IMG/VR virus record: IMGVR_UViG_3300036793_000060
Span: 1 to 64,000 of that record
From: a virus
Lineage: Duplodnaviria; Caudoviricetes
Reading direction: 5' to 3' (one strand)
Length of the DNA stretch: 64,000 bases
Part shown: one piece after another, positions 17,174 through 26,123 of the stretch
How the letters are laid out: each line of letters starts with the position of its first letter
How positions within the stretch are numbered: the first letter of the stretch is position 1
Notes under the pieces: model-generated
What the model was told of the DNA's origin: nothing
Database searches by the model: none
What the model saw: the letters and a program-made list of their open reading frames with translations, nothing else
Program-made: the position numbers and the translations under genes

Positions 17174-17571
17174 CCGAGATCAGCGGCACGCCCGACCCGT
17201 ACGAGGGCGACCCCGTCTTCGAGGGCCTGGTCCCTGCCGTCAGCCCGGCCAGGGCGCTGGTGATCGCGGTCGAGCAGAAGCTGGCGGACACCTACGGGGC
17301 CTTCTGGCGGAATAGGCTGCCGGACGACCTGAAGCTGTACATGCACCCGTCGGTGCGCAGGGAGCTGTGGAAGGACGCGTCCTTCATGAGCTTCGAGGCC
17401 TTCCGGAACGGCGGCGACATCGAGGCGGTGTTCTACGTCCCGGTGCACGTCACCATCGACGGGCTGATGCCCGGCCAGTGGAAGCTGGCGATCATCACCG
17501 AGAACGTGCTGCTCGGCGGTACGCTGCTGCCTCCGGACGAGAGGGGCACGGGTGGCCTGGGCAGCAGCTGA
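17170..17571 (+). CDS. Hypothetical protein
   Basis: GTG start coupled to the Lsr2 stop. Confidence 0.6.
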   Translation: MTEISGTPDPYEGDPVFEGLVPAVSPARALVIAVEQKLADTYGAFWRNRLPDDLKLYMHPSVRRELWKDASFMSFEAFRNGGDIEAVFYVPVHVTIDGLMPGQWKLAIITENVLLGGTLLPPDERGTGGLGSS

Positions 17572-19399
17572 CCTGGACAGCACGCCGGGCCAGGTCATCC
17601 TGGCCATCGGCTGCTCGCGGGCAGAATACGGTTTGTGCGAGCAGATCCCCGGCTGCAACTTCAGCAAGAAGGACTCGCTCTGGCGCGTCCCGCTGACCTG
17701 GCCAGCCTGGGTCTGCTTCCGCACCATCTGGGCGCAGCAGCACATCGTCATCTCGCCAGCCCTTCAGGAGTTCGAGCGCCAGGAGTGGGAGGTCATCAAG
17801 GACCGGTACCGGTGGCGCTCGGTGCTCAGCGAGACCGACCAGGGCATCGCGCTGCACCTCGATGAGCTGGATGAGCACTCGCCTGGGTTCGCGCTGCTCC
17901 CCTTCCAGCGAGGCGGGGCGCAGTGGCTGGACCTGGCCGGCCGGGCGATCCTGGAGGACCCGCAGGGCAACGGCAAGACTCCCCAGGTCATCCGGGCACT
18001 GCAGATGCAGAGGCACCACGCGGGACGCGTCGGGTGGCAGGCGCTGGTCATCGCCACCCCCGCCGCGTGCCGGAACTGGAAGCGCGAGTTCGCCCGGTGG
18101 GCGCCGGAGATGGACGTGCAGGTCGTGTCGGGCACCGCGACCGCAAGGCGCAAGGCACTGGCCGCCGGGGACGCGAGCGTGTACGTCCTGCCGTGGCCCG
18201 ACGTCCGGCTGCACACCCGGCTGGCGAACTACCCCGGCCAGGCGTTCGTCCGGTGCGACGCCCACGGCGGGTCGACCGGCAAGACGCCGGCCCAGTGCGA
18301 GGTGCACCCCAAGGAGCTGAACGCGATGACGTTCGACGTCGTCGTGGCCGATGAGGCGCACAGGATGAAGGACGCCAGGTCCAAGCAGACGCGGGCAGCC
18401 TGGTACCTGGCCCACAGTGCCAGGTGCTTCTGGCCGGTGACAGGCACCCCGGTAGCCGACCACGTCGGCGACGTGTGGCCGGTCCTGCACGGCATCAGCG
18501 AGGTGGCGTTCCCGTCCAAGTCGCGCTACCTGGACCTGTTCGCTCGCAAGGAGTATGCCTGGCACGGGGGCACGGAGATCCTCGGGCTGCGGCCGGACAA
18601 TGAGCAGGCCTTCCACGCGATCGTGCAGCCGTACGTGCGCCGGATCCCCAAGGAGATCGGCCGCGCCCAGCTGGGCAGCGTGTACAAGGGCCGGCTGGAG
18701 CCAGCGTTCCGCTATCCCGAGATGGCCCCCGCGCAGCGCAAGTCCTACGACCAGATGCGCAAGGTGGCCCTGGCCGAGCTGGAGTCGACCACTGTCGTCC
18801 CGGAGAACACCATCGTGGCGTTCACCCGGCTGTGCCAGATGGCCGCCAGCGCCATCGAGGCCTACGACGGGGAGGACAGGGACGGGTTCACCACCCAGCG
18901 AATCAGGATGGTGGCGCCGTCGCACAAGGCGGCCGACCTGCTCGACTTCCTCGCCGACGAGGACGAGTCCGAGCAGTTCGTCGTCTACATGAACAGCCCT
19001 CAGCTGCTGGCGATCTGCGAGGCGAAGCTGGCCGACGCGAAGATCAAGTACGACAAGGTCGCCGGGGGAATGGCGGAATGGCAGCAGGATGAGTCCGTGC
19101 AGTCATTCCAGCGCGGCGACTCGCGCGTCTGCCTGATCACGCGGGCTGGCATGGAGTCAATTACGCTGACAGCCGCCAGCACCATCTTGTTCCTGCAGCC
19201 GAACCCGTCATTCCTGCAGACGGACCAGGCGATCGGCCGAATTGACAGGATCGGCCAGGAGTACCCGGTTCGGGTCATCTACTCGCTGACGCCGAATACG
19301 GTGGAGGAAAGGCTGTTCCAGCTGTCGCAGGAAAAGCAGGAGAGGGCCGATGAGGTCACACGGGACGCGGACCTGATGCGCTGGATGCTGACGCCGTGA
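17552..19399 (+). CDS. SNF2-family (SF2) helicase
   Basis: PFQR.G...EDPQGNGKT, VVADEAH, TGTP, QAIGRIDRIGQ. Confidence 0.92.
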   Translation: MAWAAADLDSTPGQVILAIGCSRAEYGLCEQIPGCNFSKKDSLWRVPLTWPAWVCFRTIWAQQHIVISPALQEFERQEWEVIKDRYRWRSVLSETDQGIALHLDELDEHSPGFALLPFQRGGAQWLDLAGRAILEDPQGNGKTPQVIRALQMQRHHAGRVGWQALVIATPAACRNWKREFARWAPEMDVQVVSGTATARRKALAAGDASVYVLPWPDVRLHTRLANYPGQAFVRCDAHGGSTGKTPAQCEVHPKELNAMTFDVVVADEAHRMKDARSKQTRAAWYLAHSARCFWPVTGTPVADHVGDVWPVLHGISEVAFPSKSRYLDLFARKEYAWHGGTEILGLRPDNEQAFHAIVQPYVRRIPKEIGRAQLGSVYKGRLEPAFRYPEMAPAQRKSYDQMRKVALAELESTTVVPENTIVAFTRLCQMAASAIEAYDGEDRDGFTTQRIRMVAPSHKAADLLDFLADEDESEQFVVYMNSPQLLAICEAKLADAKIKYDKVAGGMAEWQQDESVQSFQRGDSRVCLITRAGMESITLTAASTILFLQPNPSFLQTDQAIGRIDRIGQEYPVRVIYSLTPNTVEERLFQLSQEKQERADEVTRDADLMRWMLTP

Positions 19400-19515
19400 G
19401 GGATTACTGGGGCTGGCTACGCGAGAATCCTTATCATATGACCTCATTCATCATCAACGTCGCCGGGCTGTGCTGCGCTGTATCTGCTATCTGCCTGCTG
19501 ATCGCCGGAGGCTGA
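19396..19515 (+). CDS. Small membrane protein (39 aa)
   Basis: GTGA-coupled; hydrophobic FIINVAGLCCAVSAICLLIAGG. Confidence 0.45.
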   Translation: MRDYWGWLRENPYHMTSFIINVAGLCCAVSAICLLIAGG

Positions 19516-19517
19516 CC

Positions 19518-19817
19518 GTGAAGGCAAGAGGATGGGCTATCCAGTACAAGTTCCCGCTCCCTTATGACATCATCGTGACGAACGACGTCGGCGAGCACGT
19601 GATCGTGAATGTCCAGTCAATCGAGGTGCCTTTCGATACCGAGGCGTCGGCACTGGGCGCAGCCGACGACGGACTTCCGAGGGTTATCGCCAAGAACCAG
19701 GTCGTGGAGGGGGAGGTAATCACCGATGATAGCGATCAGCAATTCAGAGATCGCGCTGTGGAAGCGGTGCCGCCGTCAGTGGTACCTAAGGTATTACCTT
19801 GGCATGCGGCTGGCTGA
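19518..19817 (+). CDS. Hypothetical protein overlapping the nuclease gene; in-frame TTA at 19794
   Basis: GTG start 2 nt after the upstream stop. Confidence 0.5.
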   Translation: MKARGWAIQYKFPLPYDIIVTNDVGEHVIVNVQSIEVPFDTEASALGAADDGLPRVIAKNQVVEGEVITDDSDQQFRDRAVEAVPPSVVPKVLPWHAAG

Positions 19818-20730
19818 CGAGAACGCCACCGGCCCGATGCAGCAGGGCACGCGCATCCACACTGCCCTGGAGGCCCAGTACGGGTACGGCGTCCCGGCCC
19901 ACAAGGCGCTGGCCACGATCTACGACCACGCCGAGGCCCGGTGGCCCGAGCCGGCCGACGTCGCCGCGCTGCGGGCCGAGCGCGAGACGTCGCTGATCAT
20001 GGTCAGCGGCTACCTGGAGTGGGTAGACGAGACCGGCGCCGACGCGAATCTCCGGGTGGTGGCGACCGAGCGTGACATCAGGGTGCCGATGCCAGGCATG
20101 CCGGAGGTGCTGCTGCGGGCCAAGCTGGACCAGGTGGTGCTGGACGAGCAGTCAGGAATGCTGTCGTTCCTTGACCACAAGACGTCGGCCAGCTTCGAGA
20201 AGCACGAGCACCTGGTGCTCGACCCGCAGTTCCGCCACTACGCGCTCATCCAGCGGCTGGCGCGGCCAGCCGGCGCTCCGCAGGTCTACGGCGGGATCAT
20301 GAACACGCTGCGCCGGGTCAAGCGCAGCTCGGCCAGCAAGCCGCCCTACTACCAGCGGGATGCCGTCCGGTTCAACGACGAGGCGATCGAGGCCACGCTG
20401 ATGTCCGTGCGCGGCGCGGTCATGGAGATCGTCATGGCGCGCAGCGGGTTCGACGAGATCCGCGAGGCCGGCAACGTGCTGGAGTCCGTGAACGCGGCAC
20501 AGCGGCTGATCACCTACCCCAACCCGCGAGTTCGCGACTGCAGCTGGGACTGCCCGTTCACGTCGCTGTGCCCGATGATGGACGACGGCAGCGACTGGGT
20601 GGGCGCCCTGATCGCCAGCGGCCGGTACGCCCAGGGCGACCCGTACGGGTACTACGGGGACTCACTGCTCCCGCTGGTCCTGGCGGCGGGTAAGGTGGGC
20701 GGCACGGAACAGGGAGAGGGCAACGGATGA
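19726..20730 (+). CDS. PD-(D/E)XK (RecB/Cas4-like) exonuclease
   Basis: SNSEI..WKRC.R.W, GTRIH, ATE, KLDQ, LDHKT, QF.HY, CSWDCPF...C. Confidence 0.88.
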   Translation: MIAISNSEIALWKRCRRQWYLRYYLGMRLADENATGPMQQGTRIHTALEAQYGYGVPAHKALATIYDHAEARWPEPADVAALRAERETSLIMVSGYLEWVDETGADANLRVVATERDIRVPMPGMPEVLLRAKLDQVVLDEQSGMLSFLDHKTSASFEKHEHLVLDPQFRHYALIQRLARPAGAPQVYGGIMNTLRRVKRSSASKPPYYQRDAVRFNDEAIEATLMSVRGAVMEIVMARSGFDEIREAGNVLESVNAAQRLITYPNPRVRDCSWDCPFTSLCPMMDDGSDWVGALIASGRYAQGDPYGYYGDSLLPLVLAAGKVGGTEQGEGNG

Positions 20731-21482
20731 GGCCTCAGGGGCTGTCGTTCCTGATACACGCCAACGCGAAGGCAGGCAAGTCAACGCTGTGCGACAGCGG
20801 GCCGCAGCCACGGCTGATACTCGACGTCGAGGGCACGGCGGTCTGGACGCCGTCCAGGAAGACGGAGTGGGATCCGATGCGGACGCCGCCACCCCAGCTG
20901 GGGCAGCGGGTTACTGCCGGGTACGGCCAGCCGTCGGTCAACCCTGACTGGGAGTCCTGCCTGGTCATGGTGCGCGACATGTCCACCATCACCTCGGCCT
21001 ACAAGGTGCTGTCGAGCGGTCAGCACCCGTTCGCCAGCCTGTCGTTCGACTCGATCACCGAGGGCCAGCAGAGGATGATTGACAAGCTGGTCGGCACCAA
21101 GAAGATGGAGTACGACCACTGGGGGTCGATACTCCGGCAGATCAGCTCGATGACCAGGCAGTTCCGCGACCTGACCACGCACCCCACCAGGCCGCTGTGG
21201 TCGGTGGCGTTCGTGGCCGGCACGCACTGGGACAAGACGACCAGCAAGTGGCGACCGCTGGTGCAAGGGCAGTCCCAGGACTTCCTGCCGTACTACGTCG
21301 ACATCGAGGGGTACCTCGGTGCGTCGCCGGGCGGGTCGAGAGACCTGCTCATCGGCCCTCACCCCCGCTTCGAGACAGGCGAGCGGGTAGCGGGCCGGCT
21401 CCCTTACTCGATGCAGATCGGGTACCGGGGCAGCCAGGGTTACACACTTGAGGGCATGGTCCGCCAGGTTCTCGCAGCCTAA
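20727..21482 (+). CDS. AAA_24 / Sak4-like ATPase (putative recombinase)
   Basis: HANAKAGKST Walker A, ILDVEG, FDSITE; lies between the nuclease and SSB-like genes. Confidence 0.8.
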   Translation: MRPQGLSFLIHANAKAGKSTLCDSGPQPRLILDVEGTAVWTPSRKTEWDPMRTPPPQLGQRVTAGYGQPSVNPDWESCLVMVRDMSTITSAYKVLSSGQHPFASLSFDSITEGQQRMIDKLVGTKKMEYDHWGSILRQISSMTRQFRDLTTHPTRPLWSVAFVAGTHWDKTTSKWRPLVQGQSQDFLPYYVDIEGYLGASPGGSRDLLIGPHPRFETGERVAGRLPYSMQIGYRGSQGYTLEGMVRQVLAA

Positions 21483-21504
21483 GCCGGGAAGGAAAGGCAC
21501 GCAC

Positions 21505-22518
21505 GTGAGCAGCATGTACGACTACAGCGCACTCTGGGGCCAGGCGGACATGACCGCCGGGCAGCTCCTGGAGGCAGGCGACTATGACCTGGTGGTCGAG
21601 GACGCCGAGTGGGGGTCGACCAAGAGCGGGGACAAGGGTGCCTGGACGATCAAGTTCCGGGTCACCACCGGCCCGCACGCGGGCGCCTCGCTGACGCACA
21701 CCATGAGCGTCTCGCCGACCAGGAACGACGGTGACCCCAACAACGCGGGCCTGGGCATCATGTTCCGCGAGCTGGGCGCGCTCGGCATTCCCGTGCCGCC
21801 CAACCAGCCCTTCTGGGCGCTCGGGTGGAACGAGCAGAACGTCGCGCAGGCGATGAAGGGCCGGCCGTGCCTCGCGCACATCATCCAGAACGAGTGGGAG
21901 AACGGCACCAACAACAAGGTGCGCAAGATCCGCGACCCTCGCCCCGGTGCCCCGACCGACTGGCCGCGCAGCCAGGGCCAGCCGCAGCAGGCCCAGCAGC
22001 CGCAGCAGCAGGGCTGGGGACAGCCTCCGCAGCAGCAGGGCCAGTTCGCCCCGCAGCAGCCGCAGCAGCCGCAGCAGCCGCAGCAAGGCCCCTACGGGCA
22101 GCCGAACGCCCCGTGGAACCCGATGGCCCAGGGACAGCCGCAGCAGCCTCCCGCGCAGCCTCAGCAGCCCTGGCAGGGCCAGCCGCAGCAGCAGCAGCCG
22201 GTACAGCAGCCGGGCTTCGCGCCCGGCCAGGGCGGCGCCGGGGAGTTCACCCCGCAGGGACAGTCCCAGCAGCCCTGGCAGCAGGCCCAGCCACAGCAGC
22301 CGGCGCAGCCCGGCTACGGCACGCCTCCCGGCCCGCAGCCAGGCCAGCCCTCGCCGTGGAACCAGCAGGCACCGCCGCAGCAGCCCGGCTACGGCCAGCA
22401 GCAGCCCCCGCAGGGGCCGCAGGGGTACCCGCCCCAGCAGCCCCAGCAGGCACAGAACGGGCAGGGTCCTGGCCAGCCACCCCAGGCTGGCCCGGCCATG
22501 CCTCCCTGGGCGCAGTGA
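21505..22518 (+). CDS. ssDNA-binding-like protein (DUF669/OB-fold type) with long Q/P/G-rich tail
   Basis: LLEAGDYDLVVEDAEW..TKSG.K..W.IKFRV...EWENGTNNKV; gene context. Confidence 0.75.
   Translation: MSSMYDYSALWGQADMTAGQLLEAGDYDLVVEDAEWGSTKSGDKGAWTIKFRVTTGPHAGASLTHTMSVSPTRNDGDPNNAGLGIMFRELGALGIPVPPNQPFWALGWNEQNVAQAMKGRPCLAHIIQNEWENGTNNKVRKIRDPRPGAPTDWPRSQGQPQQAQQPQQQGWGQPPQQQGQFAPQQPQQPQQPQQGPYGQPNAPWNPMAQGQPQQPPAQPQQPWQGQPQQQQPVQQPGFAPGQGGAGEFTPQGQSQQPWQQAQPQQPAQPGYGTPPGPQPGQPSPWNQQAPPQQPGYGQQQPPQGPQGYPPQQPQQAQNGQGPGQPPQAGPAMPPWAQ
21975..22500 (+). repeat. Coding low-complexity CAG/CCG repeats (QQP units)
   Basis: Many cagcagccg units. Confidence 0.85.
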
Positions 22519-22637
22519 CGGAATACCCGGATCCCGCGCTGCGCTTACAGGGCCGTCTCGTACCCTCCTGGCCGAGGGGCGGGGCGCGTGGCTCGCCCCC
22601 TCTCCGTCACGTGCTTCAGGGGAGGGGGCGGGAGCCG

Positions 22638-22663
22638 GGAATGAAAAGTACCGGCCAGGCGTT
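22638..22663 (+). promoter_or_regulatory. SigR/SigH-type ECF promoter
   Basis: GGAAT-N18-GTT(A). Confidence 0.75.
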
Positions 22664-22676
22664 AGACGGAGTACAA

Positions 22677-22764
22677 CAGCAGAACAGGGTCTCACCGCAA
22701 GGTAGGCGGGGGCAGTAAGGTTTCGACCTGAAGCCGCCGAGACGCGACTTGGCCCGTTCTGCTG
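22677..22764 (+). ncRNA. Candidate structured 5' leader RNA (GNRA and UUCG tetraloops, AGUA/GAA loop-E motif)
   Basis: Nested complementary segments located by eye; begins at the predicted TSS. Confidence 0.55.
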
Positions 22765-22808
22765 CTGCAGAGGTAAGTGAGAGTCACTACCAAGGAGAAG
22801 GCAAGGAA

Positions 22809-24062
22809 ATGGCACCACAGCTCATCGCCCGCAACGCGAGCGCGCAAGATCTGGTCGCCCTGCTCAACACGCAGAAGGCCGAGAAGCTCGACCTGGTCGT
22901 CCCGGCCGCCAACGTGTGGTCGAAGGACGGCAAGATCGTCGTCAAGAACGCCGAGCCGCAGATCACCGATGAGGGCGTCTCGACGGTCAACGGCACCTAC
23001 CGGCCGACCGAGGTCTTCGATGAGGGCCTGGCCAGCAAGCTGGAGATCCCGAGCAAGTACGTGCAGCGGCTTCGCGCCGACCGGCCCGACCTGCTCGACG
23101 CCAACGTCAACGGCCTCCTTCACGGGCGGGCGCTGTTCGGCAAGGACGGCACGAGGACCGAGATATACCCGGCCGACACCCGAGCGTTCCTGCTCCGGCT
23201 GTTCCGGGGAGACGGCGGCGAGGGCGTTGCCCGCGCGATGCTGTCTGACCGGTACTCGCTCGGCATGGACAACCTGGACATGCTCACGGCGGTCATGAAG
23301 GGCGTGCAGGACGCGGGCGTGAACGTCATCACCCGCGTGTCCGACCTGTCCGAGCGCCGGATGCGGGTGCGGTTCGAGGCGCCCGACGTCTACACCCAGG
23401 CCCCTGGCCTGCTCGACGGCTACCGGTCCCCGTTCGACGGGGGCGGCGCGGTGCGCCGGGCCGGCAGCTTCAACGAGCTGCGCCAGCAGTACGGGCAGCA
23501 CCACATCTTCAGCGAGAAGGACGCGCCGATCGCGTTCATCGGGTTCGACTTCACCAACTCCGAGACCGGCTCCGGGGCCTACACCCTGACTCCCGTGATC
23601 GAGATGGTGCGGTGCACGAACGGCTGGGTGATGCGGAGGGAGGGCCTGCGCAAGGTCCACCTGGGATCCAAGCTGGAGGCCGGCAACGTCACCCCCAGCC
23701 TGGACACGCTCCGCAAGGCCGGCACGCTGGTCGCGGCCGAGACACGGGACGCGATCAAGCAGTGGCTGACCCAGGGGTACCTGGAGCAGCTGATCGCCAG
23801 CCTGACCGAGAAGGCGGCCACCCCGATCGCCAGCCCCGCGAACACGGTTCCGGCGGTCACCAAGAGCCTCGGCTTCACCTCCGAGGAGCAGGACGGCATC
23901 CTGGACCTGTTCATCAAGTCCGGCCAGCCCACCGCTGGCGGCGTCGCCCAGGCAATCAGCGCCTACGCCCAGATCGTCGAGGACCCCGACCGGGCCTACG
24001 ACATCGAGCTGAAGGCAGTCGACGGCCTCGATGAGGCCGCGCGGATCGGTGCCCGCGCCTAA
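22809..24062 (+). CDS. DUF932-like protein
   Basis: RAMLSDRY...DN, NSETGSGAY...VRCTNG...VHLG. Confidence 0.75.
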   Translation: MAPQLIARNASAQDLVALLNTQKAEKLDLVVPAANVWSKDGKIVVKNAEPQITDEGVSTVNGTYRPTEVFDEGLASKLEIPSKYVQRLRADRPDLLDANVNGLLHGRALFGKDGTRTEIYPADTRAFLLRLFRGDGGEGVARAMLSDRYSLGMDNLDMLTAVMKGVQDAGVNVITRVSDLSERRMRVRFEAPDVYTQAPGLLDGYRSPFDGGGAVRRAGSFNELRQQYGQHHIFSEKDAPIAFIGFDFTNSETGSGAYTLTPVIEMVRCTNGWVMRREGLRKVHLGSKLEAGNVTPSLDTLRKAGTLVAAETRDAIKQWLTQGYLEQLIASLTEKAATPIASPANTVPAVTKSLGFTSEEQDGILDLFIKSGQPTAGGVAQAISAYAQIVEDPDRAYDIELKAVDGLDEAARIGARA

Positions 24063-24079
24063 GCGCACCGCCAATGAGC

Positions 24080-24120
24080 GCAGCCCGTTCGGGATTCCCC
24101 CCTCCCGAGCGGGCTGCTTT
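24080..24120 (+). terminator. Intrinsic terminator
   Basis: GCAGCCCGTTCGGGA/TCCCGAGCGGGCTGC stem followed by TTT. Confidence 0.75.
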
Positions 24121-24128
24121 CCATCTCG

Positions 24129-24154
24129 GGAACAAGAAGTACCGGCCAGCCGTT
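24129..24154 (+). promoter_or_regulatory. SigR/SigH-type ECF promoter
   Basis: GGAAC-N18-GTT(A). Confidence 0.75.
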
Positions 24155-24191
24155 ATACTGGCTGAGGGACCGAGAGACGGCCCCGAGGGAG

Positions 24192-24668
24192 ATGGCTATG
24201 AGCAGGCAGTTCGACAAGATCGAGGTCGACGCCGAGTACCGGAGCACCGCGCGCACCAGCCCGGAGTTCACGCTCCGCAGGCACCGGTCCTTCGGGGGCG
24301 TGTACGACGCGCCCGAGGTCGGCCTCGGCACCCTGGACGACCTGAGGGCGCTGGACGAGAAGATCGCGTACGTCCTGCGGCCGACGGCCGAGCAGGTCTA
24401 CGAGTCGACCCTGGACAACCTGTTCGACGGGGAGTCCGAGGGCGACGTGGAGGCGCCGACGGGCTGGTTCGCCCTGGTGAACTGGCCGAACGGCTGCACG
24501 TACGTGGTCACGCATGATCACCTGGGGTTCTCGCACATGCGCGCGAGCGATGACCCGCAGCGCAACACGATCAGCACGGCGCCGACAAAGGCGCAGCTGA
24601 CCAAGGTGTACCAGGGCCTGTGCGATGAGTTCAGCGCGTGGGCCGACCTTCCCGAGGAGGAAGTGTGA
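24192..24668 (+). CDS. Hypothetical early protein
   Basis: RBS, downstream of promoter. Confidence 0.7.
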   Translation: MAMSRQFDKIEVDAEYRSTARTSPEFTLRRHRSFGGVYDAPEVGLGTLDDLRALDEKIAYVLRPTAEQVYESTLDNLFDGESEGDVEAPTGWFALVNWPNGCTYVVTHDHLGFSHMRASDDPQRNTISTAPTKAQLTKVYQGLCDEFSAWADLPEEEV

Positions 24669-24928
24669 CCAGGACAGAGGGAACAGGGGACGCGGACCAG
24701 GAGCGCCGGGCCATGATCGAGGCCGGTGAGCCGGCCAGCGACCTGGACCACGCGAGGGCCCTTGGCCAGCAGACGTGGGACACCGGCCAGCTGGCCAGTG
24801 ACTTCGACGTCCTGCAGTTCGCGGCGCCGTTCGTGATCGCCCGGCGCAAGCTGGACGGCAAGGTGGGGAGCCTGGAGTTCACCCACCACCCGCGCGTTTA
24901 CTTCGGATGGCGGGAGCACCAGGAGTGA
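24665..24928 (+). CDS. Hypothetical protein
   Basis: Coupled; FDVLQFAAPFVIARRK.DG..GSLEF.H.PR.YF. Confidence 0.7.
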   Translation: MTRTEGTGDADQERRAMIEAGEPASDLDHARALGQQTWDTGQLASDFDVLQFAAPFVIARRKLDGKVGSLEFTHHPRVYFGWREHQE

Positions 24929-25335
24929 ACAGGGACAAGGCGATAACGCTGATCAACGGGACGACCTTCAAGCCGGGCTGGCGGTTCACCGCCGGCCCAG
25001 GCGACACGTACACCGAGGTCGAGGTGACATATCACGTCGACACGATGGACACGTCGCTGCCGGACGCGATGGGCCGCTACGAGGTGCCCAAGCTGCTGGA
25101 GTCGGAGGTCACCTTCGACGTCAGCCGCCTGGCCGAGGGCGAAGTCCTCTACCGGCTGCTGCTCATGGCGGCAGAGCTGGACTCCCACGAGAATCGCGAG
25201 TTCCTGCGGGTCCGCGACGAGAACGGCAACTGGATGGCCCCCTTCCACCCCCACACGGGGATCGGGGAGGCGTCCTTCGAGGCGGCTAAGGAGCTGGCAG
25301 CCCGCGAGGAATACGCGCGGCTGGCACGTCGTTGA
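24925..25335 (+). CDS. Hypothetical protein
   Basis: Coupled; HE.REFLR...FHPH. Confidence 0.7.
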   Translation: MNRDKAITLINGTTFKPGWRFTAGPGDTYTEVEVTYHVDTMDTSLPDAMGRYEVPKLLESEVTFDVSRLAEGEVLYRLLLMAAELDSHENREFLRVRDENGNWMAPFHPHTGIGEASFEAAKELAAREEYARLARR

Positions 25336-25376
25336 CATTGGCGCAGGGCCAGGGCGGCACTGCGAGGGAGAAGATC

Positions 25377-25850
25377 ATGAGGTTTCAGCTTCACGGCCAC
25401 AAGGGCGGCCTGCCCGTCGAGGTGGAGTCCGGCCGGCTGGCAAGCGCAATCATTGAGTTCCAGCTGGAGCACAACCAGCGAGTCACCAGCGCATGGGCGC
25501 TCAGCGATCAGCGCAGGCAGTGGGAGTCCGCAGACGGCCTCCTGGAGGAGTTCCGCCAGTTCGACGGGAGCGTGAACGGCGGGCAGATCTTCGTCGAGCC
25601 GAACACGCCCGGCAACGGGCACCCTGTGCTGGCTGACTGGGTGGCCTGGTGGAAGGGCGACATCGCCGGCTACATCATCGACGCCCGCAACTGGGAGAGG
25701 CCCGCCAGCTACGACTCCCCCGAGAGCGAGGACGAGACCCCGTTCGAGGCGTGGGACACGGGCCGTGGCCCGGACGCGTTCCTCGGCGAGTACCACTCGG
25801 TGCGCGGCGCGGCGACCGTGGTCGTCGCCCGGAGGATCCGCAGGGCGTAG
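25377..25850 (+). CDS. Hypothetical protein
   Basis: RBS GGGAGAAG; acidic protein. Confidence 0.65.
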   Translation: MRFQLHGHKGGLPVEVESGRLASAIIEFQLEHNQRVTSAWALSDQRRQWESADGLLEEFRQFDGSVNGGQIFVEPNTPGNGHPVLADWVAWWKGDIAGYIIDARNWERPASYDSPESEDETPFEAWDTGRGPDAFLGEYHSVRGAATVVVARRIRRA

Positions 25851-25869
25851 GGCACCCTGAGCAGGCCGG

Positions 25870-25895
25870 GGAATAACCCCCGGCCTGCTGGTGTT
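25870..25895 (+). promoter_or_regulatory. SigR/SigH-type ECF promoter overlapped by a hairpin
   Basis: GGAAT-N18-GTT(A); AGCAGGCCGGGG/CCCCGGCCTGCT stem at 25860-25889. Confidence 0.75.
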
Positions 25896-25940
25896 ATACG
25901 AGCTGAACCGGTCAGGGAGACCGGAGAGGGAGACCGGGCA

Positions 25941-26123
25941 ATGAACGACGACTACGACCTGACAGGCGCACTGATCGGACTCGATGAGGGCACGCTGGAC
26001 GAGGACGCGGAGATCGCGCTTTTCCAGTACCTGATCGACAGCGGCCTGGCGTGGAAGCTCCAGGGCCGGATCGGTCGCCAGGCGGCGGACATGATCGAGG
26101 CCGGGCTGGTGGCAGTCCGATGA
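25941..26123 (+). CDS. Small hypothetical protein
   Basis: LFQYLIDSGLAWKLQGRIGR.A..MIEAG motif. Confidence 0.7.
   Translation: MNDDYDLTGALIGLDEGTLDEDAEIALFQYLIDSGLAWKLQGRIGRQAADMIEAGLVAVR

Noticed and set aside
21975-22500. CAG-rich repeats as a CRISPR array or microsatellite
   Set aside because: They are in-frame low-complexity coding sequence with no repeat-spacer structure.
22708-22727. GGGGGCAGTAAGGTTTCGAC resembles a tmRNA 5' end
   Set aside because: No T arm, CCA or tag ORF follows, and the sequence folds locally as a UUCG hairpin.
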